Below, in pieces: positions 28,616 through 36,411 of a stretch of DNA of 64,000 bases (the first letter of the stretch is position 1; every line of letters begins with the position of its first letter). Position numbers and translations under genes: made by a program. This DNA comes from an uncultured Acidobacteriota bacterium (lineage in GTDB: Bacteria > Acidobacteriota > Terriglobia > Acidiferrales > UBA7541), in contig CAVOKV010000006.1 in NCBI GenBank assembly GCA_963696605.1, positions 86,786 through 150,785 of the forward strand, read 5' to 3'. Below the pieces are notes generated by a model. That model had not been told where the DNA came from and did no database searches. It worked only from the letters and a program-made list of their open reading frames with translations.

Positions 28616-29482
28616 ATGAAAAATACTGCCACGAAAATTCGTTGTTTGCTGTTCCTGATCGCCGCGGCGTTTTTGGCGTTGCCCGCGGGCGCGCAACTCG
28701 CGCCGCCCAATGCCGAGGGCGTCACGATGGGGCACATTCATCTGTTCGTGAAAGACGTTGAGGCGCAGAAGAAATTCTGGACCGAGACGATGGGTGGCAC
28801 CGTCGTGCAAAACGGGCAGCTGATGTTGATCCAGTTTCCCGGCGTTTACATCATGCTGCGGCAAGCCGATCCGACGGGGCCTCCGGACGGCTCCATCGTG
28901 AATCACTTTGGATTTGCATGGAAAGATATGCCCGCGCGGCTGGCGAAGTGGAAAGCGGACGGCGTGGAAATCGAACAGACCGGAAATCCGAATCAGGGCT
29001 ACGTGCACGGGCCGGACGGCATTCGCGTGGAGTTTTTCGGCGACCCGACGCTTGCCACTCCCGTGGCGATGAATCACATCCATTTTTACCCCGTGGACAT
29101 TCCCGGGATGCAAGCGTGGTACGCGAAAATGCTTGGCGGCGTGCCGGGCAAACGGCAGCGTCAATCCTCGCCGGGATTGATCGACTGCGATGATCTTCCG
29201 GGCGCGAATCTATCGTTTTCGCCGGGGAAGGCGGGCCTCGTTCCAACAAAGGGGCGGTCGCTCGATCACATCGGCTTCGACGTGACGGACCTCGAAGCGT
29301 TCGCCAAGAAGCTTGACGCGCAAGGGGTAAAGCTGGACGAGGGCCCTCGCCTGGCACCGAATGGGACAACGAAGGTCGCCTACATAACTGACCCGTGGGG
29401 CACGCGCATCGAACTGACGCAAAACCTCGCGCCCGCTGCAACGCCAATGTCACCGAGCGGCTTGGGCGTAACTGTCCACTGA
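28616..29482 (+). CDS. exported VOC/glyoxalase-fold protein (two-module)
   Basis: 288 aa. Signal peptide. Two repeats beginning GHIHLFVKD / NHIHFYPVD and LDHIGFDV, typical of vicinal-oxygen-chelate folds. Confidence 0.8.
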   Translation: MKNTATKIRCLLFLIAAAFLALPAGAQLAPPNAEGVTMGHIHLFVKDVEAQKKFWTETMGGTVVQNGQLMLIQFPGVYIMLRQADPTGPPDGSIVNHFGFAWKDMPARLAKWKADGVEIEQTGNPNQGYVHGPDGIRVEFFGDPTLATPVAMNHIHFYPVDIPGMQAWYAKMLGGVPGKRQRQSSPGLIDCDDLPGANLSFSPGKAGLVPTKGRSLDHIGFDVTDLEAFAKKLDAQGVKLDEGPRLAPNGTTKVAYITDPWGTRIELTQNLAPAATPMSPSGLGVTVH

Positions 29483-29598
29483 TCTCCCTCTCTCACTGAA
29501 AACTTAAAACCTCTGCAAGGCAACGGAATAACCGTTGTGTGCGCTGTTTTTTGGCGCAAGGGCTACAAAACACATGGCCGACTGCGTGGGGTCGATAT

Positions 29599-30951
29599 TC
29601 AGGACGCGGCGACGCCGACAACATCATTCGTGCTTACACGTGCCTGGGTGCGGCCCATCAGGAAGATGGCGCCGCTACCAATGAGGGATGGAATCGCGCC
29701 CGCCAGAAAGAGCGTGGTTATTGGCAAATGCAGCGAAAGCATGATGCCGCCAAAGATTGGGCCGACAATCGATCCGATGCGCCCGATGCCGAGCGCCCAT
29801 CCCACGCCGGTCGAGCGAATGTAAGTGGGATAGAACGAGGCGGCCAGCGCGTTAGCGCCGGTTTGCCCGCCGATCACGCCCGCGCCCGCGAAAAAAGTAC
29901 AGATCATGATCGCGGCGACGGAATGGGAGTAACCGAGCAGGGCGACGCAAACAGCGCCTAGAAAATAGGTGAACGTCAGGACCCGATAGGCGCCGAAGCG
30001 GTCCACGAAACTGCCGAGTGCCAAAGAGGCGATGACGCCCCCGCCCTGAAATACGGCAGTGGCGATCACCGCGAGCGAGAGGGTAATTCCAGCGTTGTGA
30101 AAAACCGTGGGCAGCCAGCTGGTCAGCAGGTAGATATCGATCAGGCTCATGAAGAAACCAATCCACAGCAGAATCGTGGGAACGGCGCGTCCCTGCCGGA
30201 AAAGGTGCACTACGGGCATACCGGGCGCACGCTCTTCGCGAACAACGAAGTTCGCGTCGCTTCCGAAAACGAGTTGCGGGTTCACGCGGGACAAGAGTTC
30301 CCTCACGCGCGATACTTCCTTTCCGTGGATCACGAGGTGGTGGATGGATTCGGGAAGCAGCAAGGCCAGCGCCGGCGTCAACAACAACGGCATAACGCCA
30401 GCCAGAATGAAAACGCCTCGCCAGCCGAATACGGGAAGAATGGGCACCGCGGCAAATCCGGCGATCGATGCGCCGATGGGAAAACCGCAGAACATGATGG
30501 TAATCATCGTGCCGCGGCGCCGCTCCGGGGCATATTCCGCCGTCAGCGCGATGGCGTTGGGCATGACTCCGCCAAAGCCCAATCCTGCAAGGAATCGGAA
30601 GATGGCGAGGCTGGCGCTCGAATCCGCCCTGGCCGTGGCCAGGCAAATTACACCGTAGAACAGCGTGCAGGCGACGATCACGGGCTTGCGCCCAAAATGG
30701 TCGGCGATAGGTCCGAAGACCAATGCGCCCAGCATCAAGCCCACCAGTCCCCAGGCGAAAATTGGCGTGAGCGCAGCCGGACTGAGGTGCATGTCGCGCG
30801 CCACCGAGGGCGCCAGATAGCCGATCATTTGCGCGGCGAAACCGTCCAGCGTCGCGGCCAGTGCGCACAGCACCAAGATGCGAATCTGAAACGAGCCGAT
30901 CTTCTGCTGGTCGATCAAGTCGGGGACGTTCACGGTGGTTGCAGTGGTCAT
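29599..30951 (-). CDS. MFS transporter, aromatic acid:H+ symporter (PcaK/BenK-like) family
   Basis: 450 aa from ATG 30951 (the track ORF extends to 31017 through a repeat). 12 TM. DHFGRKPV and AEYAPERRRG MFS signatures. Confidence 0.88.
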   Translation of the reverse strand: MTTATTVNVPDLIDQQKIGSFQIRILVLCALAATLDGFAAQMIGYLAPSVARDMHLSPAALTPIFAWGLVGLMLGALVFGPIADHFGRKPVIVACTLFYGVICLATARADSSASLAIFRFLAGLGFGGVMPNAIALTAEYAPERRRGTMITIMFCGFPIGASIAGFAAVPILPVFGWRGVFILAGVMPLLLTPALALLLPESIHHLVIHGKEVSRVRELLSRVNPQLVFGSDANFVVREERAPGMPVVHLFRQGRAVPTILLWIGFFMSLIDIYLLTSWLPTVFHNAGITLSLAVIATAVFQGGGVIASLALGSFVDRFGAYRVLTFTYFLGAVCVALLGYSHSVAAIMICTFFAGAGVIGGQTGANALAASFYPTYIRSTGVGWALGIGRIGSIVGPIFGGIMLSLHLPITTLFLAGAIPSLIGSGAIFLMGRTQARVSTNDVVGVAAS

Positions 30952-30964
30952 GGCGTCTCGGCCA

Positions 30965-31036
30965 GTGGCACAAACTTCAGTCTGTAAGGGTTGGGCCTTG
31001 CAAGGCCAAAAATCCACAGACTGAAGTCCGTGCTAC
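30965..31036. repeat. REPIN-like doublet B (family 1, degenerate)
   Basis: GTGGCACAAAC-TTCA-GTCTGT ... ACAGAC-TGAA-GTCCGTGCTAC. The spacer contains the palindrome GGCCTTGCAAGGCC. Confidence 0.75.
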
Positions 31037-31073
31037 TAATTCTTTCTTCGGAATGAAATTTTCCAGATTCCAT

Positions 31074-32564
31074 TCAAATTTTGTTGAGGATGTCCGCGAA
31101 TTTTGCCGCGACCCTGGCGCGCAGCTCCGGCGTCGCGCCCACAACCGGCGGAAATTCCTTGATGCGCTCGAAGGGGCGGCACGCGTCAATCAATCCGCGC
31201 GAATTGAAGCTTACAGGGGAGCCGTGCGGAATGAGTGGGTCCAGCGGGCCGCTCCACATGCGGCGGATAATTTCAATGTCCAATGCCGGATCGCAGCGTG
31301 TGGACATCGCCCATACGACATCAAACAAGTCCGTCGGGTCAACGTCGTCGTCCACCACTACGACAAAGCGTCCGAGGTACGCGCCTGCCTGGCAACCCGC
31401 AGCCACGAGGCCGACTTGTTTGGCGTGTCCGGCATACGCCTGCTTGACGGAGATGACATTGAACAGGCGCATCGCGCCGGCTTCGTGGCACCAGACGCCT
31501 TGCACGCCGGAAATACCCGCGCGTTCGATGGCGTCCCAAATCATGCCGGACTTGACGATGGACCTGCCGAAGGACATGTCCGAGGGCGGGCGCATGGGCG
31601 TGGCCATGGTCAGGATGGGATCGTTGCGGTAGTAGACGCGCCGAACGCGAATGACTCCCTGCTCGCTGGAGGGGCTCGCGTAGTAGCCGGTGAATTCTCC
31701 GAACGGGCCCTCGGTGTGCACGTCGCCTTCGGTAATTTCACCTTCCAGAATAATTTCCGCGTGCGCAGGCATGGGAAGGCCGTGAATTTCGCTGGGAATC
31801 ACCTCAAATGGTTCGCCGCGATGCCCACCGGCATAATCAAATTCCGAGACGCCAAATTTTATTTCGTTGGCAGCGGCAAGAAATAGGAGAGGGTCGTGGC
31901 CGCAACAAACCAGCACGGGACAAGGTTTCCCTTGCTTGAAATACTTGTCGCGGACTTGGCGCCCGTGCTTGCCGGGAGACATCCACAGGCCGGTGCTGTT
32001 CTTGGAGTGAACCTGCACGCGGTAGGTCGCCGCGTTCACCCATCCCTCGTCGGGATCGCGCATGATCACCAGATCTTCGGTGCCGATGTAGCGGCCGCCA
32101 TCCCTTTCGTGCACTCGTGGCGCGGGGAATTTGTACAGGTCCACGTTTTCGTCGCGATCGATATTTTCAAGGATGGGGCCGTGCTTCACTGTGATTGGCG
32201 GAATCGGTTTGTGCTGCTTCATGCGGTCCCGGTAGGCCTGCACGACGTCGATGGCCGTTCGCGGCATTGGAAAACCCAGCATGAGCGCCATGCGTTTGGA
32301 GGAATTGCCCGAGCCAGAGAGAACGCGAAACCCTTTCGGATAGCCGGTAATGTCTTCAAAGAGCAGCGCAGGCGCTTCCGATCGCTTGTGGTTGACGATT
32401 TCCGCCAGCGCGCCGAGTTCCAGGTCCCAGTTCGCGCCCTTTACGCGGGTGACTTCACCGAGGCTTTCCGCGCGTTCGAGAAATTCTCTCAAATCGCGAT
32501 GAGGCCGGTCATAAAGACCCAGCCATTTGCGGTCGATTGTTTGCGAATCAATCGTTTGCGGCAT
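31074..32564 (-). CDS. UbiD-family decarboxylase (aromatic/phenolic acid decarboxylase-like)
   Basis: 496 aa from ATG 32564 (GGAAGGAA SD; the track ORF extends to 32705 into a repeat). UbiD blocks ATYRVQV, GPFGEFTGYY. Confidence 0.9.
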   Translation of the reverse strand: MPQTIDSQTIDRKWLGLYDRPHRDLREFLERAESLGEVTRVKGANWDLELGALAEIVNHKRSEAPALLFEDITGYPKGFRVLSGSGNSSKRMALMLGFPMPRTAIDVVQAYRDRMKQHKPIPPITVKHGPILENIDRDENVDLYKFPAPRVHERDGGRYIGTEDLVIMRDPDEGWVNAATYRVQVHSKNSTGLWMSPGKHGRQVRDKYFKQGKPCPVLVCCGHDPLLFLAAANEIKFGVSEFDYAGGHRGEPFEVIPSEIHGLPMPAHAEIILEGEITEGDVHTEGPFGEFTGYYASPSSEQGVIRVRRVYYRNDPILTMATPMRPPSDMSFGRSIVKSGMIWDAIERAGISGVQGVWCHEAGAMRLFNVISVKQAYAGHAKQVGLVAAGCQAGAYLGRFVVVVDDDVDPTDLFDVVWAMSTRCDPALDIEIIRRMWSGPLDPLIPHGSPVSFNSRGLIDACRPFERIKEFPPVVGATPELRARVAAKFADILNKI

Positions 32565-32645
32565 TTCCTGTTCCTTCCATTTCCGTCTTATTTCGTCAAC
32601 GAAACTTATATCACGTCCAGTAAGGATCGCACGCATCGCGTTCCA

Positions 32646-32755
32646 GTATGACAGCCACTCCTGGCTGTCCGCTTTTCGATTGCCTGTGCAGCGATGGAGA
32701 GGCAAGCCCTAGATGGGACCGCGAGAGAGAGGACAGCCAAGAGTGGCTGTCCTAC
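32646..32755. repeat. REPIN-like doublet C (family 1, ACAGCCA stem type)
   Basis: GTATGACAGCCA-CTCC-TGGCTGTCC (32646-32670) ... GGACAGCCA-AGAG-TGGCTGTCCTAC (32731-32755). 60-nt spacer. Lies in a divergent intergenic region. Confidence 0.85.
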
Positions 32756-32839
32756 TATCCATTCAGAATTGGGACGCGATTGAAGTAAGATGGGCGCGCT
32801 GCGCTGGTCATTTCTCAAAAGAAAATTCGTGAGGGCGCT

Positions 32840-34447
32840 ATGTCACTCGGGAATCGAATTATCTTCGCGCTTGGAATTGCTTTTGTCGTGCTGACCGCTG
32901 CGTCCGGCGGGAGTGCGCTCGCCCAGGCCGACCCCAATTCCGCGCCCAACTCGTACCGCACGGTTGAGAACTGGGCAAAGCTGCCCGGGGGAAGAACGTG
33001 GGGGCAAGTGATCAGCGCGGACATCGACCGCGACGGAAAGAGCATTTGGGTTGTTGAAAGATGCGGGGGAACGTCGTGTGCCAAATCAGATCTCGCGCCC
33101 GTTCTGAAATTCGATTCATCGGGCAACCTGGTGAAAAGTATTGGAGCAGGGATGATTGTGCGGCCGCACGGTCTCTTTATAGATAAGAGCAACAATGTGT
33201 GGGTAACCGACGGCGACGCGGAAAATGGGAAGGGCGACCAGGTTTTCCAGTTCAACCAGGATGGAAAAGTATTGCTGGCGCTCGGCAAAGCGGGAGTCGC
33301 TGGGGACGGACCGGACACGTTCAACAAGCCGAGCGATGTGCTGGTCGCGCCAAACGGCGACATTTTCGTCGCGGATGGGCATGGGCCGGGCTCGAATGCG
33401 CGGATCGTGAAATTTTCTGCGGATGGAAAATTCATCAAGGCCTGGGGCAAAGAAGGAACAGGGCCGGGAGAATTCAACAATCCCCATTCGCTGGCGATGG
33501 ATTCCAAAGGGCGTCTGTTTGTCGCAGACCGCGGGAACAGCCGCGTCCAGATTTTCAATCAGGAGGGAAAATTCCTCGAGGAATGGCGGCAGTTTGGACG
33601 GCCGAGCGGCGTTTTCATCGACAAGAACGACGTTCTGTACGTCGCGGACTCGGAATCGAATATGGCGCGCAATCCAGGTTTCAGGCGCGGGATCCGGATC
33701 GGAAGCGTGAAAGATGGCATCGTCACGGCCTTCATTCCAGATCCGGTGCTGAATCCTAGGCAAGGGCTGGAACCCACGAACGGGACAGCGGCGGAGGGCG
33801 TCGCGGCGGATGGTGCAGGGAATGTCTACGGGGCGGAAGTTGGCCCGCGAAATTTCAAAAGATACGTCAACAGAGAAGATTCGGTTGCGACATACGATCT
33901 AGTTCAATTGAGTGTAAGAGTGGGGCTTCGTGAAGGAGAATCTATTAAGGACATGCTCGTCATAGTCCACGACTTGAACAATCATGAAAATGAAATTCTT
34001 CGCGCGCTGACCGACAGGGAAGGCAACGTACCACCGATTAAGGTGCGTTCGGGATTGTACCGGGTCATCGCTACCAATCAATATGGCTTATGGCAAACAA
34101 GTGTCCGCGAAGTCCTTGTGAAAGAGAATCCCACTCAAGTCGCAATCACACCCGAGCCAAAGGCAACTCACGGCAATGGGGATGCCGTCCTCATAGGAGC
34201 ACGTCGTGAACTGTTGCGATTGATCGGGCCGGACGGTCAGCCCGCGGCCGGGGCTTCTATTCTTTGTCGCGATCGAGACGCGACATTGTCGTTAGAGAGA
34301 TGGTACGAGGCAGATAGGAGTGGCGAGGCAAGAATCGAAATGGTGGGTAATCCCACGGTGGTAGTAGTTCAATATCATGGCGTACTCTTCTCTACGGAAT
34401 TTAGCGATCGCGATAGGAACCTAGTAATTCGGATTGAGGAGCACTAG
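32840..34447 (+). CDS. exported NHL-repeat beta-propeller (PAL-like) with about 185-aa extra C-terminal module
   Basis: 535 aa. Signal peptide. The first about 345 aa are colinear with the paralog at 59624..60694. After ...AEVGPRNFKRYV the frame continues into a lower-GC segment with two carboxypeptidase-regulatory-like/Ig-like repeats. Confidence 0.85.
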   Translation: MSLGNRIIFALGIAFVVLTAASGGSALAQADPNSAPNSYRTVENWAKLPGGRTWGQVISADIDRDGKSIWVVERCGGTSCAKSDLAPVLKFDSSGNLVKSIGAGMIVRPHGLFIDKSNNVWVTDGDAENGKGDQVFQFNQDGKVLLALGKAGVAGDGPDTFNKPSDVLVAPNGDIFVADGHGPGSNARIVKFSADGKFIKAWGKEGTGPGEFNNPHSLAMDSKGRLFVADRGNSRVQIFNQEGKFLEEWRQFGRPSGVFIDKNDVLYVADSESNMARNPGFRRGIRIGSVKDGIVTAFIPDPVLNPRQGLEPTNGTAAEGVAADGAGNVYGAEVGPRNFKRYVNREDSVATYDLVQLSVRVGLREGESIKDMLVIVHDLNNHENEILRALTDREGNVPPIKVRSGLYRVIATNQYGLWQTSVREVLVKENPTQVAITPEPKATHGNGDAVLIGARRELLRLIGPDGQPAAGASILCRDRDATLSLERWYEADRSGEARIEMVGNPTVVVVQYHGVLFSTEFSDRDRNLVIRIEEH

Positions 34448-34546
34448 CCTATGCTGCGCGCCACGACTGCGTTGATTTTCCACCCATGCGTGGCGTGACG
34501 ACGGCCCGAAACTCAAGGTAGCGACTCTGAATTGGAGGGAAACGAA

Positions 34547-35029
34547 ATGAAGCGGAGAACATTCTTGCGCAACGCAGCAGCAAGTGGTCTGGCCGCGGCG
34601 GTCCTGCCCGGCGCGGCGAGGAGCGCCGATAACAAGCCTCCGGCCACTGCATCAAAAGTCCGAGTGATATCGACGGATCGGGCGCCGAAACCCGTCGGGC
34701 CGTTCTCGCAGGCTATCATGGCCAACGGATTTGTTTTCGTCGCAGGGATAACGGCGCGCGATCCAAAGACGGGGCAGGTGATCGAAGATGACATCACGCG
34801 GCAGACGGAATTGGTGATGGAAAATATCAAGGCCATTCTCGAAGCCGCCGGCTCGTCTTTTGATCGCACGGTGAAAACGACCGTCTATTTAAAAGACATG
34901 AATGATTTTGACGCGATGGGAAAAGTGTACAGCCGTTATTTTCCGACGCACCCGCCGGCACGCGCTACGGTTGAGGTGGCCCGATTGCACGGCGGGCGCA
35001 TCGAGATTGAATTGATCGCTGTGGCCTAG
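34547..35029 (+). CDS. RidA/YjgF (Rid) family protein with twin-arginine signal
   Basis: 160 aa from ATG 34547 (GGAGGG SD). MKRRTFLRNAAASGLAAA Tat motif, then a RidA core (GPFSQAI..NGFVFVAG, TVYLKDM, PARATVEV). Confidence 0.85.
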   Translation: MKRRTFLRNAAASGLAAAVLPGAARSADNKPPATASKVRVISTDRAPKPVGPFSQAIMANGFVFVAGITARDPKTGQVIEDDITRQTELVMENIKAILEAAGSSFDRTVKTTVYLKDMNDFDAMGKVYSRYFPTHPPARATVEVARLHGGRIEIELIAVA

Positions 35030-35049
35030 GCCCTACAAAGAGGAGATTT

Positions 35050-36318
35050 ATGCTGACACGCCGTCAGTTTTCTCAATTGCTGATCGGATCACCTCTCTTG
35101 GCTTCAAGTAGTTTTACTGGTGATGCGAGCGCTGCACCCGTCCCTTCCCCGCAGGATATGGGCGCGGCGCTGTCGCAGAGCCGCGACTTACTGATCAAAG
35201 GCGGGACGGTCATCGACCCCAGCCAGAATCTGCACGCGCTGCTCGACGTGGCAGTGAAAGACGGCAAAATTCAGCAGATTGCGCCGGACATTCCAGCGGA
35301 TGGATTGCGCAGCGTCATTTCCGCAAAAGGCAAAATCGTCACGCCGGGACTCATCGACGTGCACGTGCATATTTTCGAGGGAGTGGGCCCGACCGGAGTG
35401 AACGCGGATCAATATTGCCTGGGCCGCGGCGTAACGACAGCGGTGGATGCGGGCTCCGCGGGATATTTTTCCATCGCCGGGTTCCGGCAGTACGTCATCA
35501 AGCCGTCGGCCACGCGCGTCTACGCAATGATCGATATCGGAGCGCGCGGCACGCTCATGGGTCTCGTCGGCAACTATTCCAATCTTGATTGGGTGAATCC
35601 GCAGTTGACGGCGCGGGCGGCGGAAGCAAACAAGCCCGACGTCGTGGCGGTCAAGGCGCGGCTTTCCAGAGAAATTACCGGCGCAAACGATCTAGAAGTT
35701 TTGAAACGAGCGCTAGAAGCCGCGAAACTTTCCAACCTTCCGTTGATGGTACATGTCGGCGATTCCTATTCGCCCTTGCCGGACATTCTCAAGCAGTTGC
35801 GAAAGGGCGATGTGCTAACGCACTGTTTCACGGGGCGGCCCAATGGACCGCTTGATGCCAACGGAAAAATTCTTCCCGAAATGCTGGCTTGCCGCGAGCG
35901 AGGCGTCTTCTTCGACGTTGGCGATGGCGGGCCGCATTTGAGCCTGGACGTGGCGGAAAAGTGCCTGCAACAAAATTTCTTGCCGGACACGATCGGCGCG
36001 GACCTCGGCGGCCTGAGTTACAACGGACCGGTCTACGACCTGGTCACGGAACTCTCCAAGTTTCTGCTTCTGGGGATGACCGTGGATCAGGTGATCGAGC
36101 GCGTGACGCTCAGGCCGACACGCATGTTCAATTTTGGCGTCGAGCTTGGAACTTTACGGACAGGGGCGGTGGCGGATATTACGATTCTTGAAGTTCGCGA
36201 GGGGTCCTTTACTTTCAGTGACAGCACCGGGAAGAAACGCACCGGAAAACAGAAGTTGCAAAGCGTGGCGGCGATTCGCGCCGGGAAGACTTACGTCAAC
36301 CGTAGCGATGACGTTTGA
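35050..36318 (+). CDS. Tat-exported amidohydrolase (dihydroorotase/deacylase-like)
   Basis: 422 aa. MLTRRQFSQLL Tat motif. PGLIDVHVHIF metal-binding HxH. GAVADITIL C-terminal motif. Confidence 0.85.
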   Translation: MLTRRQFSQLLIGSPLLASSSFTGDASAAPVPSPQDMGAALSQSRDLLIKGGTVIDPSQNLHALLDVAVKDGKIQQIAPDIPADGLRSVISAKGKIVTPGLIDVHVHIFEGVGPTGVNADQYCLGRGVTTAVDAGSAGYFSIAGFRQYVIKPSATRVYAMIDIGARGTLMGLVGNYSNLDWVNPQLTARAAEANKPDVVAVKARLSREITGANDLEVLKRALEAAKLSNLPLMVHVGDSYSPLPDILKQLRKGDVLTHCFTGRPNGPLDANGKILPEMLACRERGVFFDVGDGGPHLSLDVAEKCLQQNFLPDTIGADLGGLSYNGPVYDLVTELSKFLLLGMTVDQVIERVTLRPTRMFNFGVELGTLRTGAVADITILEVREGSFTFSDSTGKKRTGKQKLQSVAAIRAGKTYVNRSDDV

Positions 36319-36323
36319 ATGAT

Positions 36324-36394
36324 TAGCACAGGCTTCAGCCTGTGAGTTTTAGTCCTCACACTTACAAAACCCCACAGGCTGAAGCCTGTGCTAC
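36324..36394. repeat. REPIN-like doublet D (family 1)
   Basis: TAGCACAGGC-TTCA-GCCTGTG ... CACAGGC-TGAA-GCCTGTGCTAC. Between convergent genes. Confidence 0.9.
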
Positions 36395-36411
36395 TGAAGG
36401 CGTCACAAATA

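Noticed and set aside
29523-29556. CAACGG-AATAA-CCGTTG followed 10 nt later by TTTTTT, as a terminator of the VOC gene
   Set aside because: The stem is short (6 bp) and the T-run is separated from it. The evidence is too weak to annotate.
29599-31017. N-terminal extensions of track ORFs that read through repeats or non-coding DNA (29599..31017, 31074..32705, 43378..44973, 15277..15993, 58610..59770, 59519..60694, 53048..54493, 38247..39953, 13122..14681)
   Set aside because: The internal start codons have proper SD spacing and give canonical N-termini or signal peptides. The extensions translate REPIN arms or low-quality sequence.
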